DNA of 62,815 nt, the filler included, from Chiloscyllium plagiosum (Eukaryota): NCBI RefSeq assembly GCF_004010195.1. It is 5 parts of one record of this genome, joined end to end, with 100 filler letters (N's around TTAATTAATTAA, not from the genome) between each part and the next. Parts side by side here need not be neighbours in the genome. Positions count along the whole stretch, not along the records: positions 1 to 26,954 come from NC_057716.1; 4 more parts are not named here. One strand, written 5' to 3'. Both the position numbers and the translations under genes were made by a program. The notes beneath the pieces were generated by a model. That model was not told the origin of the DNA. It worked only from the letters and a program-made list of their open reading frames with translations, and made no database searches. Positions within the stretch are counted from its first letter, which is position 1, and every line of letters starts with the position of its first letter. Positions 12,318 to 25,650 of this stretch are shown one piece after another.

Positions 12318-12730
12318 ATGTGTGCATGTGGGTCTTTGTCTGTTTGTGTGTGTGTGTGTCGGTCTGGATTGGGGTGTGGTGAGTGTGAGAGAGAATGGAT
12401 ATGTGTGTGTGTACTGATGTAGTGTCTTAAGTCTATAAGGGGTGCATGTGTGAGTGTGGGAGTGTGTGTGCTTGTCTGGGGTGGGGGATTTTGAGTGTCA
12501 GTGAGAGAGTGTATATGTGTGTGCATGAGTGTAGAGTGCTCTAAGTCTCTGAGAGGATGCTTATGTGATTGTAGGAGTTTGTGTGTCAGTAAGGGTGTGT
12601 GTGAGTGTCTGTATGCGTGTCGTGTACATGTGTGTCCCTGTGTATGTGTCTGTATAAGAGTGCCTGTGTTTGTGTGTGTGTGTGTGTGATTGTGTTTATG
12701 TGTGTGTGAGTAGGAGTGTCTGGGTGTGTA
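12318..12730. repeat. Degenerate (TG)n microsatellite-rich tract
   Basis: Long imperfect TG/GA dinucleotide runs. Confidence 0.9.
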
Positions 12731-13183
12731 TAGTGCAATGGTGGTCACCTGTAATGTGATATGAACCCAAGGTCCCGGTTGAGGCCCTCCCTTTGGGTAC
12801 CGAAATTAGCTATCAGCCTCTGCTCGGCCACTTTTCACTGCTGCCTGTCCTGAAGTCCGCCTTGGAGATTTGTCACCCGTCGGTCCAAGGATGAAGGTCC
12901 TCGAAAACTGAAGTGTTCCCCATTTGGGAGGGAACACTCCTTTCTGTCTGTCTCCAGTCTGCGGTGCCAATTCATCTGTTGTCATAGCCTTTGCTCAATT
13001 TCCCAGTCTTTGTACAGTGACTGTGATTCATGCCAATCTGCATGGATTTTAATTATTCCAGTGGAGGGTTTCCATCTTTTAATGATAAATGGGCGCTATT
13101 CAATGTGTTATCCCATAACATGAGCAGGAGCATCACCGACAGCACTGACAGGGAACAGCAGATCCAGAGAGAGGGGGAGGAGA

Positions 13184-13401
13184 GATCAGAATCTGAGAAC
13201 ATTAGACTGGAATGTTCCAAAAATATATCAGAATCTGGGAAGATTAGACTGGCATGTTCCAACAATAGACAGGAGTTTATCCATTTATGTTTGGCATCTT
13301 TCTGCATTTTATTGCTGGTCATTATCATTGCGGATTTATTACACTATTCTCATTATTCAATATTTTAATTATCCTTTTCTGGCTATCGTTTTGTGTTCCT
13401 G
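13184..13401 (+). pseudogene. GPR139-like: Coding exon 1 of a shark GPR139/GPR142-like rhodopsin-family GPCR, disabled
   Basis: A frame absent from the ORF track reads DQNLRTLDWNVPKIYQNLGRLDWHVPTIDRSLSIYVWHLSAFYCWSLSLRIYYTILIIQYFNYPFLAIV, then a +1 frameshift, CVP and G|gtaagt at 13402. This resembles the YYPxLAxVGVP| start of TM1 in the elasmobranch GPR139-like family (recalled). There is no in-frame ATG; an upstream TGA lies at 13121. Confidence 0.72.
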
Positions 13402-14632
13402 GTAAGTGTCACTGTCCAGATCTTTTTTTCTATAAACCGGTTATGACTGTATTACTGTTCTTTCATATGGTCCACACTTCTTGTCACTATTACTTTACTG
13501 TTGAAATTCTCAATCCATATATCACTCTACAGACCACTACTAACTACATCAATGAACGTGTTCAATTACTGTCTCCCTCTCTGTTCTGGCAGCGTTACTC
13601 ATGTGTCTCTATGTTGATCTACTCAGTTCCAGCTGCGAACTACAATTTATTGTATCATTGCCTTTGTTATTTAAATATTAACAGCATGGAGGTCACTCTC
13701 TACTGTTCTGGTTACAAACTCCACTTCCTTCCACTGTTTACATCCCATCCCTGGCCAATAACTGCGACCGAAGTAGACACGACACAACTGTGGGAGATCC
13801 CTTTGACCATGAGCTGTTTCCTGACACCATGCCCTGACCATTTCTAACTTGAAATACTCACCACTCCAGAATATATCTCACTGGTTTATTCCATCTGCTG
13901 TTTGAACCTTGAGCTATAAAATACAGTCTGAATGAAGCCAATAATCTGCAGCTGACACTCCCGACTTCAAACCTTCCCAAGCAAATCTGATTCGAACTCA
14001 CACCAAACTCACATCCATCTGTCATTCATGTGCACGCCTATGTATATTGCTGTTGTGTCTGGCAATGCCTTTATTTTGATATTCCCAAACACTTTATCTC
14101 ATCTATCCATGAAACTTCTCTCGTTCTCTCTTTGTTGATTAACAAAAAGCCTGCCAGTTGTTCGTATGTAAAATAGTTTCCTCCATGTGCGTTCCTTCTC
14201 AAACAATGAGTTTCACATTCAACCACACCAATCACGCACACACACACACACTCTCCCTCATTCTCTGATGAATATACACACACACAAACACACAGCAGCA
14301 AACCTTCCCATTGTAGGCAGTAATCTGATGCGAGTACAGTTAGCATATGATAGTCAAGTTTACAATATTCTCTATGCTGGGCAGAGAGTACAGTTTACTG
14401 AGGGCACTAGCATGGTCTGCACAGCTCTCCATGCTGGGCTGTCATCTTGTCCCAGTTTATGTTGTTTGTGGTGTTCTATGAAGCAGATTGAGAATTTGAT
14501 GTAACAAACCATTCCAGCTGATCTGACAATGCCTTTATTCAATGTTCTCATTCTTGTAATTTTACTCTCGAAGATCTCACTTCTCCAGTTCGTCCCACTG
14601 CCCTGTTTTATTTCCCCATATTTCCACAATAT

Positions 14633-15132
14633 NNNNNNNNNNNNNNNNNNNNNNNNNNNNNNNNNNNNNNNNNNNNNNNNNNNNNNNNNNNNNNNNNNNN
14701 NNNNNNNNNNNNNNNNNNNNNNNNNNNNNNNNNNNNNNNNNNNNNNNNNNNNNNNNNNNNNNNNNNNNNNNNNNNNNNNNNNNNNNNNNNNNNNNNNNNN
14801 NNNNNNNNNNNNNNNNNNNNNNNNNNNNNNNNNNNNNNNNNNNNNNNNNNNNNNNNNNNNNNNNNNNNNNNNNNNNNNNNNNNNNNNNNNNNNNNNNNNN
14901 NNNNNNNNNNNNNNNNNNNNNNNNNNNNNNNNNNNNNNNNNNNNNNNNNNNNNNNNNNNNNNNNNNNNNNNNNNNNNNNNNNNNNNNNNNNNNNNNNNNN
15001 NNNNNNNNNNNNNNNNNNNNNNNNNNNNNNNNNNNNNNNNNNNNNNNNNNNNNNNNNNNNNNNNNNNNNNNNNNNNNNNNNNNNNNNNNNNNNNNNNNNN
15101 NNNNNNNNNNNNNNNNNNNNNNNNNNNNNNNN
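14633..15132. other. Assembly gap (500 N)
   Basis: Run of N. Confidence 0.99.
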
Positions 15133-16134
15133 AGGTGCGAGCGAATTCCCCAGGTTCCCCAGTCAGTGCGTGCAGTCATTTATTCTCATCACAATGCAGT
15201 GTGACCTGCCTGTACCTAATAATGTGGCCCCTTGTTTTAGACGTCCCAGCCAGGGGAATTATCATTCCTGCTTCCTGTCTGACTCACCCTGTCAGACTTT
15301 TGTATATTTCACTGATATGTCCAATCATTTTCCTAAACCCCATGGAATACAGGCCCAAACACCCCAAACTCTGCTCCCACATCAAGCCCGTCATCAAGAT
15401 ATTAGTCTGGTCATCCTTCACTGCTCTCTCTCAATGTCAGGTTTGTCCTTTATGAGGTACGGAGATCAAAACTGCCCACAATATTGCACAATGTTTGAGA
15501 TGATGTCTCACCAAGGCCCTGTACAGCTACAGTAGGACACCCTTACTCGTGGACTCAAATCCCCCTGAAATGAAGGTCAACACACAATTTGTCTTCTTTA
15601 CTACTTTCTGTTCGTGCAATATTGCTTTCAGTGACTGGTGTACAAGGAGATCCAGATCCTTTTCAAGTTATAGCTCCCCATTTGCTGGTTCTGTCTACAC
15701 TGGTCAGCCTGGCAATGCCATGCCCAGTATTGACTCCTGGTTGCAGAACTCGCTGCGCTGCATGGGCCTCAGAGGTTTATGCAGAAGGAAACAACAAAAA
15801 GGAACATACGTCCCAGTAGATCAACATGCTTCAACCAATCCCTTTCAAATGGTACACTGCCAATTTATCGTTTCAACCAAAGGGCACACCGTCACCTCTA
15901 TCCACATTGTTCTCCATCTGTCACGTATTTACCCATTCACTCCACTTGTCTTAGTCTTCGTGGTGCTTTTTTACATCCTCCTCACCCACTCACAATCCCA
16001 CATCCGTTAGTGCTGTCAGCAGGCTGAGATATATTGTATCTGATTACAGCAACCAAATGTTTAAAGGGCATTGTGAACAGCTGGGCCCCAAGCACTGACC
16101 CCTGTGACACCGTAGCAACCGTCCTCTGTTAATT

Positions 16135-18890
16135 TCTATTTATTTATTTCGTGAATCTGGGTGTCACTGGCTGGGCCAGCATTTATTGTCTGTCCATAGT
16201 TGCCCTTGTGAAGGTGGTGGTGAGCTGCCTTGTTGAACGCTGCAGTCCACTTGCTGTGGTTGACCTCCAATGCCATTAGGGAGGGAATTCCAGGATTCTG
16301 ACCCAGTGACTGTGAAGGAGCGGTGATATATTTCCAAGTCAGGATGGTGAATGTCTTGGAGGGGAACGTAAAGATGATGGTATTTCCATACATCTGCAGC
16401 CCTTGTCCTTCTAGATAGACGTAGTCGTGAGTTGGGAAGATGGTATCTGAGGATCTTTGTTGAATCATTTCATTGCAGCATGTAGATAGTAAAACACTGC
16501 TGCTGCTGCTGAGCGTTGATGGTGGAGCATTGTGGATGAAGGGACAGTCAGACTGGTTGCGTTGTTCTGGATGGGAAAAGCTTCTTGAGTGTTGGAACTG
16601 CACTCATCCAGGCAAATTGGGAGTCTTACATTACACTTCTGACTTATGCATTGTAGATGATGGACAAACGTTTGGAAGTCAGGGTGTGAGTTACCCGCCG
16701 CAGTATTCCTAGCTTCTGATCTGCTCTTATAGTTACTGTGTTTATGTGGCGAGACCAGTGAGTTTCTGAGCAATGATTACCCACCAGGACTTTAATACTG
16801 GGGATTCGGTGTTAGTTACACCATTGAATGCCAAGGGGCAGGTTAGATTGTATTTTATTGGTGATTGTCACGGTCTGACATTTGCGTGGCCTGAATATTA
16901 CTTGCCATTTGTCAACCTGGATACTGTCCAGATCTTGTCGCACTTGAACATGGACTGCTTCAGTATCTGAGGAGCCACAAATGTTGCAGAACATTGTACA
17001 ATCATTGGCGAACATCCCCGCTTTTGACCTTAAAATGGAGGGAAGATCGTTGATGAAGCAGTCCGAAAGAAGTTTTCGGCCACTGCTCAAGGGACTCCGA
17101 CAGACTTGCAGCTGAGTTAACTGAACTTCATCAACCATGACCATCTTCCTACATGTCAGTTATGAATCTAACCAGCAGGGACTTTGCCTCTGATACCCAT
17201 TGATTCCAGTGTTGCTAAAGCCCCTGATACCACACTTGGTCGAAGGCAGCCTTGATTTAAAGGGCTATCGCTCTCACCCCACCTCTGGAATTCAGCTCTT
17301 TTGTCCATGTTTGAAGCATGGTAATGAGGTCAGGAGCTGAGTGGCCCTGGTGGAGCCCAGACTGGGCGTCATTGACCAGGATATTGCTGAGCAGGTTGCT
17401 GCTTAAAAGCACTGAGACCTTCCACCACTTTACTGATGATCGAGAGTAGACTGATGGGGTGGTAATTGGCCAGATTGGATTTGTTCTGCTTTTTATATAC
17501 AGGAGATACTTGGGGTAATTTTCCACATAATCAGGAAAAGCCATTGTTGTAACTGTGTTGAAACAGTTTGGCTTGGGGAGTGGCAAGTTATGGAGCACAA
17601 GTTTTCAGTACGATTGCCAGAATGTTGTCAGAGTATGGACCCTTTGGAGTATCCAGTATCTCCAACCATTTCTGGATATCGCGTGGACTGAATCGAATTG
17701 GTTGATGACTGGTAATTGAATTGCTGAGGACCACTGGAGGAGGCTGGAATGGATCATCCACTTAGCACTTCTGACTGAAGATTATTGCGAATGGACCAGC
17801 CTTATCTGCTACACTGAAATGCTGGGCTCTTCCATCATGGAAGAAGGGGTTATTTGTGGAATCTCTTCCTCCAGTGAGTTGTTTAATTTTCTCCACATAT
17901 TTCTAGACTAAGTGTGGAAGGACTGCAGAGCTTAGATCTGATCCTTTGCTTGTGGGATGACTTAGCTCTGTCTATCACTTATTGCTTATGCTGTTTGGTG
18001 CACACGTTGTCCTGTTTGGTGCCATCACCAGGCTGACACCTCATTGTCAGGTATGCCTGGTGCTGCTCCTGCCATCCTGGCCACTCCATTGAACCAATGA
18101 GGATCCTCTGGATTGATGGTAATTGTTGCCAGGGTGATATACCAGGCCATGAGGTTGTGTGGTGTACAATTCTGCTCCTATAGATGAACCACAGCACCTT
18201 ATGGACACCCAGACTTGAGCTACTATGCGGTGGCCACTCTTACCGATACTGTCATGGACAGCTACTTCTGCAACTGGCAGATTAGTTATTCTGTGGTCAG
18301 TATGTATTTTCCTCTTGTTGGTTCCTTCACCACTTGCCAGTCTGGCAGTTATATCCTTTCGGACCCGGCCAGCTCGATCAGTATTGCTGTAGCTCAGATA
18401 CTCTTGGAGGTGGACATTGAAATCCTCCACCCAGAGTACATCTTGCATCCGTGCTACCCTCAGTGCTTCCTCCAAGTGTTGATCAACATGGAAGAGTACT
18501 GATTCATCTGTTGAAAGAGGCTGGTACATGGTAATCAGCAGAACGTTTCCTTTCCATGTGTAAACTAATGCCATTAGACTTCATGGGATACGGAGTCAAT
18601 GTTGAGGACTCCAAGAGCAATTCCCTTTCAACTGTATCCCAATGTGCCGCCACTTCTGCTGTATCCATCCTGCTGATGAGACAGGAGATATCCGGGGAAG
18701 GTGATGGAGGGTCTGGGACATAGTCTGAAATAGATCACCCACTCAGTACTTCTTACTGACGATTGTTGCGAATAAATCAGCCTTATCTTATACACTAAAG
18801 TGCTGGGCTCTTCCATCATGGAGAAGGGGTTATTTGTGGAATTTCTTCCTCCAGTGAATTGTTTAATTGTCACAACGTTTCTTGACTCGA
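16135..18890 (-). mobile_element. CR1/L2-group LINE (APE plus RT), degenerate
   Basis: Gives QGHSAPDLIT...WTKELNSRGGVRAIAL, GMFANDCTMF and LWVEDFNVH. The 3' tail ataaatgctggcccagccag...aataaataaa lies at about 16140. Confidence 0.85.
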
Positions 18891-19509
18891 TGTGGAAGGA
18901 CTTATACCTTACAGAATCATACCTTGCAGACTGTTGCTTGACGAGTCTCTTTATTTCTATTCACTGTTAACTGCCAGTTGTCCCATTTTAGAAACATACC
19001 CATACATTAGCCCCAATCCACTAAGATTTGATTTTGCAAACTGGGCTTGGAGCTTTACCAAAATTTTCCTAAAAATCAAAATATTTAACATCCATTGCTT
19101 CTCTTTCATGTGTCTCCCAGTCTGTTTCTCAAACATAATTCCCATTTCAAAAATTATGTTAGTGTTGTCTATGACCGTTACTTTCAGCCCCAATAATGTC
19201 TCCTAAACAACTTACTTACTATGTTCGATGTTGCACGTACTCTACCATTTTCCTACACCAGACTTGGATTCCTTGTATTGTTTGAGATTGTTTGAAGACA
19301 GAACGGAGGTAGTGGCTTCATGTCTCTGCCAATTCCTTGTTCCCCATTCTCCATTCTCTTGTCTCAAACTGTAAGGAAACTGCATTTGTTTTCTTATATT
19401 TGTCACAATGACATGATTTAACAAGTTATTACCGTTCACTCTTATAACCCTTGGGAATATACTCTTCAGAAACTCATCAATTCTTGCCTTGATAATTGAT
19501 CTTCCACAC

Positions 19510-21350
19510 CATACACTCACAGGAGCATCGACTCTGTGCCTACAGAAGTACAGCACGATCTATATTAGTCCCACTTTCCTACAGCAGGCCCATAGCCTGG
19601 AATGTTGTGACACTTCCAAGTGCTCGTCCAAGTACTTTTTAATTATTGTGAGGTTACCTGTGATGATTTCCCGCTCAGAAAGTAATCCCAGAACACAACA
19701 CCCTCTAGGTGAAAAAAAATGTTTAAATCCTCAATGAACCTCAAACGTTTCACTTTAAAAGTGTGTTCGCTTGTTCTTGACCCCCTGACTAAAAGGAACA
19801 TCTGCTGCCTATCCACCCTGTCCGTGTCACTCATAATCGTATCCTTCTGAATCACATCCCCACCATCCTTCTCTGCTCCCAAGTAAACAACCGGAGTTTA
19901 GCCAGCCTCTCTCCATAGCTGATATGCACCATCCTAGGGGACATCCTGGTGAATCTCCTCTGCAACCTCTCCAGTACAATCACATCCTTCCTGTAATGTG
20001 GCTCCCAGAAATACATACAGTACTCCACCATGGACTAAACAAAGTCCTGTATAGCATTTATTATCTATGCCCGATTAGGAAACACAACACCCAAGGTCCA
20101 ATTCTTAACTAGCCCATTACCCTGTCCAGCGACGTTCAGGGATGTGTGGAGAAGCACACTCTGAGGTTACCAGTGTGCTGGCATTCATTGAGTCCCCTCC
20201 TGCCTGGTTCCTTCTCCCAAAGTGCATCACCTCATATTTATCAGGGTTACATTCTATCTGCCATTTATCTGCCCATCTGACCATTCCATCTGCATCTTCC
20301 TGTAGCTTAAGGCTTTCCTCCTCACTGCTAACCACCCAGACAATATTTATGTCAAAAATACACTTCCTTATCATACCTCTCCCACTCGCCTCCTAGTCCC
20401 TTCCACGTCCACATCTTTTTTTAATGAATAACACAAATGATAGGGGAAAGGCACTGATCCCTGTGGTACACCAGGGGACACTGGTCTCCAGTCACACAAA
20501 CAGCCTTCTCCCACCACACTCTGCGTTCTGCCACTAAGATAATTTTCGTTGTAACTTGTCAAGTTATCCATCATATCGTGAGGTTTTACTTTATTTTCAA
20601 TTTCCCAGGTGGAATTTTTTTCAAAGGCCTTCCTACAGAACAAAACAATCGACCACCTCAAACTAATGCAATCAAACCCACTGGATGTGACTTCTTTCTG
20701 ATAAAGTCATGATGATTATGCCTGAAATAACCTTGCAACTCTGATAGGAGTTAAATTTTCTCCTTCTCTCTTTTCTCCAGTAGTTTCCTTAACAGTGATC
20801 GAATACTCGCTCGTCTATAGTCACCTGGTCTATCTCTCCCACCCTTACTGTGAAGTGGAATCGTATTAGCAGTTCTCCAGTTCTCTGGCACGTCCCCTAT
20901 GGTCAGATTCTTATTAAAATATTCAGTCAGGGTCTTACCTCCCTTGACCCCAACAGCCGACTGTGATACAACTCTTTCAGACATGGAGATTGGTCCAAAT
21001 TTACACAGAACAAAACCTCAAATCCCTGCTCGTATTTTGCATCAATCTGTTCAAGATTTTTGCAGTCCATCTTCTTGAATTCTGTACCTGCATCCTCCTT
21101 CTCCCAAGTAAAATAGATGTGAAGGTCTCATGTAACAATCCATCAATGTTCTCCAGCTTGAAACACAGATTGCCCCTTTAGTTACTAATGGACACTAACT
21201 GCTGATTATTATGTTCTACTTGTCCGTGTAAAATATCGTGGGATCCTGCAGATCTCGCCTACTTGCACTTCTCCATATCCCTCTGTTATTCAGTCCCCGC
21301 TATGTTTCTAAATTTCACTGCAGTCACCTCTCATGTTTTGAAACTCGAAA
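19510..21350 (-). mobile_element. Old CR1 LINE fragment
   Basis: Gives WADKWQIECNPDKYEVMHFGR, WRPVSPGVPQGSV and GDVPENWRTANTIPL. Confidence 0.85.
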
Positions 21351-22261
21351 TCACAGGCTGAGTTTCCACATCAGACAATCTTGCCATTTTAGGGATTAAT
21401 CTGGATGATACCTTTTGCAGTTCTTATATCGTCAGTGTATTCTTTCTGAGATTGGGACTCCGAATGATACACAATACTCTAAGTTTAGTCTCACCAACAC
21501 TTGATACAACTGGTTCACTACATCCTCTATATTCCAATTACATTCACAAGAATGTAAACCTCATTTTTACTTTCCATTTGCATATGTTCTTCCCACGACC
21601 TCTCGCTTTAACATTTTTTTATGAGCTTACTCTCTAAGTTCTTAAAAAAGAGCTCCTAAATATCCAACTCCATGTTATCCATTGGTTCTTCATTGCCTAA
21701 CTCTCCAAGAATCATCTTCAAACCATTCCCAAAAATGTTTGCCACTTCTGGTATTCCTTTCATCGATACATTATCATACTTGCCATGTATGTTATTACCT
21801 TTTAACTATCTAGTAGCATGTTCTTTGTAATCGAGTCCAACAGACACCCTACTGCGGATGACAAGTTAACTGGTTTGCAGTTCACCACTCTCCATCTTCA
21901 TCCTTTCATAAACTGTTGGAGAATATTTATAACCTTTGCCTTATCCAGATTTCGGGTATGTGTCGGAAAGTAAAGTGAAAATCCGCAATGCAATCAACAT
22001 GCCTATTGCTGCTTCTACTGAAATTCTTGGATGAAGTGCAACTCGTCTGTCAGATTTATAAATACTCAATCCAGCTTTCTTTTCATAGATGACGACAACA
22101 TTGATAAGAATGATCTTAGACTTTACTTACAGAAGTCCCATGGTCACTTGGTATTTCTGGAAGAATTTCTGGACATTCTTCCATGAAGATAGACACAAAG
22201 AAACGGTTTCTTTTCTCTGCGATTTCTCTGTTCTCTGCAATTTAAGCTGCCTCCTTTAATC

Positions 22262-22955
22262 TAATAGGTAGATGAAGGTGGGGTTGAATGTGATAGTCGG
22301 AGAGGAGGGTGGACTAGATTGATAGGAAGGAAGGTGGACACACAGGAACATTCAAAAGGGCGATGCAGACTTGAAAGGTTGGAGTGGGATAAGGTGGGAT
22401 TAGGGGAAATTGGGAAATGGGAAAATCCACTATGATCCCCTGTGGTTGGAAGGTCCCAAAACAAAAGATGAGGCTTTCTTCCTCCAGGCTTCTGGTGGCT
22501 TGAGTTTGGCGATAGACCAGGCCCAGTGCCCTCATGTCCTCGGCCGAGTGGGAGGGGGATTTAAAGTGCTCAGCCAAAACGCGATGAAGTTGTTCAGTGT
22601 GGCTGTCCCAGAGATGTTCGCTGAAATGATCCACAAGTTGACCTCCTGCCTCGCCAATGTAGAGAAGACCACATTGGGTTTAATGGATGCAGCACATGAG
22701 GCGTTCTGTCTCTCTTACTCACCTATCACTTCCAACCTCACCTTCATCTATCTATCGCAATTCCAGCTACCTCCCCCTGTCGCACCCCCTTTCATGTATC
22801 TCTCAGCACCCTTGGCCAATAAGCTTCATTCCTGATGAAGGGCTTGTGCCCGAAACATCGATTTATCTGCTCTTAGTATGCTGCCTGACTGTGTTTTTCC
22901 AGCATCACACTCTTCGCCTCTGATGTCCAGCATCTGTCGTCCCCAATTTCTCCTC
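22262..22955 (-). mobile_element. Penelope-like GIY-YIG fragment (minus) with inverted pLTR (plus)
   Basis: Gives EHFKSPSHSAEDMRALGL...LEEESLIFCFGTFQPQGI. A plus-strand pLTR with hammerhead follows. Confidence 0.85.
22828..22863 (+). ncRNA. Minimal hammerhead ribozyme motif
   Basis: attc-CTGATGA-a-gggc-ttgt-gccc-GAAA-catc-gatt. Stems I and III are imperfect. Confidence 0.65.
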
Positions 22956-23879
22956 ACACCTTCAGGGCTTGCATGACTCAGATTTATAACGATTACTTCA
23001 AATAAAACAAAAACTGCCGTGTACTCAAACAGCATAAAAGAAAACCAATACATTGTGGTCACTGTTCCCAAAAGGTCCTTTCCAGCAAAATTTTCAATGA
23101 GTTCTTCTGATCACTCAACACCAAATCCTAAATAACTTGATCTCGAGCTCAGTGCTCGACATAATGTTCATGTAAACCATCTCACACTTGGTCATGAGAT
23201 ACATTTTTCCCAGCATTAGCATTCAATTGGGTTAACACAGTTTAGATATAATTTAAACATATATTATTACTGCAGTACCCACAAATGTGTATATCTCATT
23301 TCCTGTTTTATAACATGTCCAGCATTTGTACTGCAGCTTTCACTTTGATATATAACTCCCATCAATGTTGCTCCTCCTTGCTGTTTTTGCGCTCCACCTT
23401 ACTAGATTCTGTGGAATCTGAGTGACGTGGGCTCTGGGGCGATGAATGGTAGAGATCATCTCACCACATCAATTATGATCTTCTCAAACCTTAATCTCTC
23501 CAGATCTCCCGTTATGCTGATGGAGTAGAGAAGGACAATGATCTTCCAACAATGCTCTGTATTCCCCCAGAGAGCTGAGACAGCTCTAAGCTGGGTGGGA
23601 ATCTTAAAACAGGCTGGTAAAGTGTTGTTGCTGCTATACAGGGTCTTAGTGAGATCACATCTGGAGTAGTGTGTACAGATTTAATCTCTTCAATGAAGAA
23701 AATATGTTTTAAATTGGACGCGGCTCAGAGATGGTTCCCTCAACTGATTCCTGCAATGAAGGTGCTAGCTTATAACGAAAGGATGATCAGGTTGACCCAG
23801 TAGCCATTGGAGATTACAAAAATTAAAGATGATCTTATTTGAACATAGATGACAGAAGGATTCAACATGTGAAGTGAAT

Positions 23880-24620
23880 TACACGAGAGTGGAGGAATCC
23901 ATTCCGTTCTCCAGCCTGTTACACAGGAACAACAGGATGATATCCAGGCCTTCGAACCTGTTACACCAAAACAGGATGAGACTATTCAGGTCCTGGAGCC
24001 TGATGTACACTTACAGAAAGGAGGTAATCAGCCTCTCGAGCCTATGCTGTACCAGTATCCTGTTAAACAGCAACAGGATCAGTCCATTCAGCCTCCTCAT
24101 GTCTGTAACATAGGAACTGGAAGAGGTCACACAGTGACTGGAGTTTGTTACACTGGGATAACAGGAGGACATTCAGACCCACCGAGCCTATTGCAAGGGA
24201 ACTGCATAAGGATAAAAACTATCTGAGACTTCTTTCTTTGAGAAAGGAAGAGGTAATCTTGACACGTGATTGTTGTATGGGGAGAAGAGAAGACCAATCA
24301 ATCCCTCGGTCCCATCTCCGGGATACATGAGGAGACCGTTCAGTATTTTCACCTGTTATGGAGAAGTATGAGAAGACCCATCAGCCCCTCAAAATGTTAT
24401 ACAGCAACAGGAAGATCCCATTATCTGCCAATCCTCTAAACCATTAACAGGAGGAGGTTGTTCTGGCCTTGCAGATGACAACATGGGAACACCAGAAGGA
24501 CATCAGCCCATCGATATTGTACACCAGCAGGATGATGACTCCATTCAGCCACACATGGCTCTGACTCAGCAATTGGAGTCGACTTCTTAAAGCCTTGTGC
24601 CCATTAAATAGGAATTCAAA
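23880..24620. repeat. Old degenerate ~40-bp tandem array related to the 42-bp minisatellite (opposite orientation)
   Basis: Recurrent acaggaacaggagga...cattcagccc.tcgagcctgttac-like units. Confidence 0.7.
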
Positions 24621-24689
24621 GAAAACGTGAAGGTTTTCGAAAGGGAAGAGCTTGTAATAATGGAATACATTAGGGCCTAAAATGCAACA

Positions 24690-25650
24690 ATAAAATATTG
24701 TAATTTAAGGCAAATTATTAGAATCTATTGTTGAGGACATTTGCAAACTTAAACCACAATTCGTCAGAGTCAACATGGTTTTACGAAGGATAAATCGTGT
24801 TGCAGTTGTTTGCTTGAGTTATGTGAAGATGTCACAAACAAGGTGGACCGTGCGAATCCTGGAGATAGAACATATCTGGTCTTCCTGAAGGCATCGGATA
24901 TGTCGCTTCTCCAAAGAGTAAGTGGTAAGGTCAGACAACATGGGTCTAGGAGTAATTAGTTCGCTTGGATGGAGGATTGGTTAACCAACAAAATGTAGTC
25001 AAATAGAATAAATGCGTCATTTTCTTTTGGCAAATGCAATTTGTGGGATGCCATTGACTTCAGTGCTCATGCCTCAAACATTTGCGATCGATGTTATTAC
25101 TGTACTCGGTTGATGGGATAGAAAATACGATGCAACATTTTCAGATGACACTAACATGTGTGGGAAATTGCTTCGGAATGATGATGCAAGAGATTTTAAA
25201 ACTATATGGATAGGTTGGGTGAACGGGCCAACAGTTGGCAAGGAAACTTAACGTGAATAAATATGGAGCTATTCAAGTTGGCCAGTGTAATAGAGAGACA
25301 AATTATTATTTAAATGGAGAGAAAGTTCGAAGTGCTTAGGTGCAGAGGGATCTGGGTGTCTGCTTGCATATCATAGAAAACCTGCCTGCGGGTACTGCTA
25401 GTAATGAGAAATGCAAGCATAATTTCAGTGGTTATTTATAAAAGGATAGAGTAGAAAGGTAGGGAGTGTTGGTGTAGCTATGCAAGGCATTAGTGAGGCT
25501 ACAACTGGAGTACAGTTTGGGTGTCCTGCAGAATGAACTATTTCCATTGGAGGCAATTCAGAAGAGCGTCATTGGATTGATTCCATATTTGAAGTGTTTG
25601 TCTTATGAAGAGAAATTGAACAGATTATACAGATGCTGAGTTTGGTGATG
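24690..25650 (+). mobile_element. Old CR1 RT fragment
   Basis: Remnants include agtcaacatggtttt (SQHGF), ttttcagatgacact (FSDDT) and cagagggatctgggtgtc (QRDLGV). Confidence 0.75.

Larger units (their letters stand above)
11857..13020 (-). mobile_element. Penelope-like element (second family), 3' part with internal (TG)n-rich tract
   Basis: The minus strand gives VAEQRLIANFGTQREGLNRDLGFISHY (GIY-YIG C-terminus). The pLTR carries a hammerhead at about 11950-11984. Confidence 0.85.

Noticed and set aside
13030..13368. 112-aa ORF resembling a type II membrane protein
   Set aside because: It is an alternative frame of the GPCR exon, whose AT-rich TM-coding DNA is hydrophobic in several frames.
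13287..13401. Ig-superfamily leader exon (…LFWLSFCVP G|gtaagt)
   Set aside because: The third frame matches the GPCR YPxLAxVGVP motif better. The next acceptor (13592) does not lead to an Ig domain.
14372..14629. 85-aa ORF 'conserved' with ORF 58030-58239
   Set aside because: The similarity reflects a recent ~95% DNA duplication of probable intron sequence, and no domain is recognisable.
14529..15455. Long ORFs containing X runs (also at 48911, 53110 and 57428)
   Set aside because: These are artefacts of translating N gaps.
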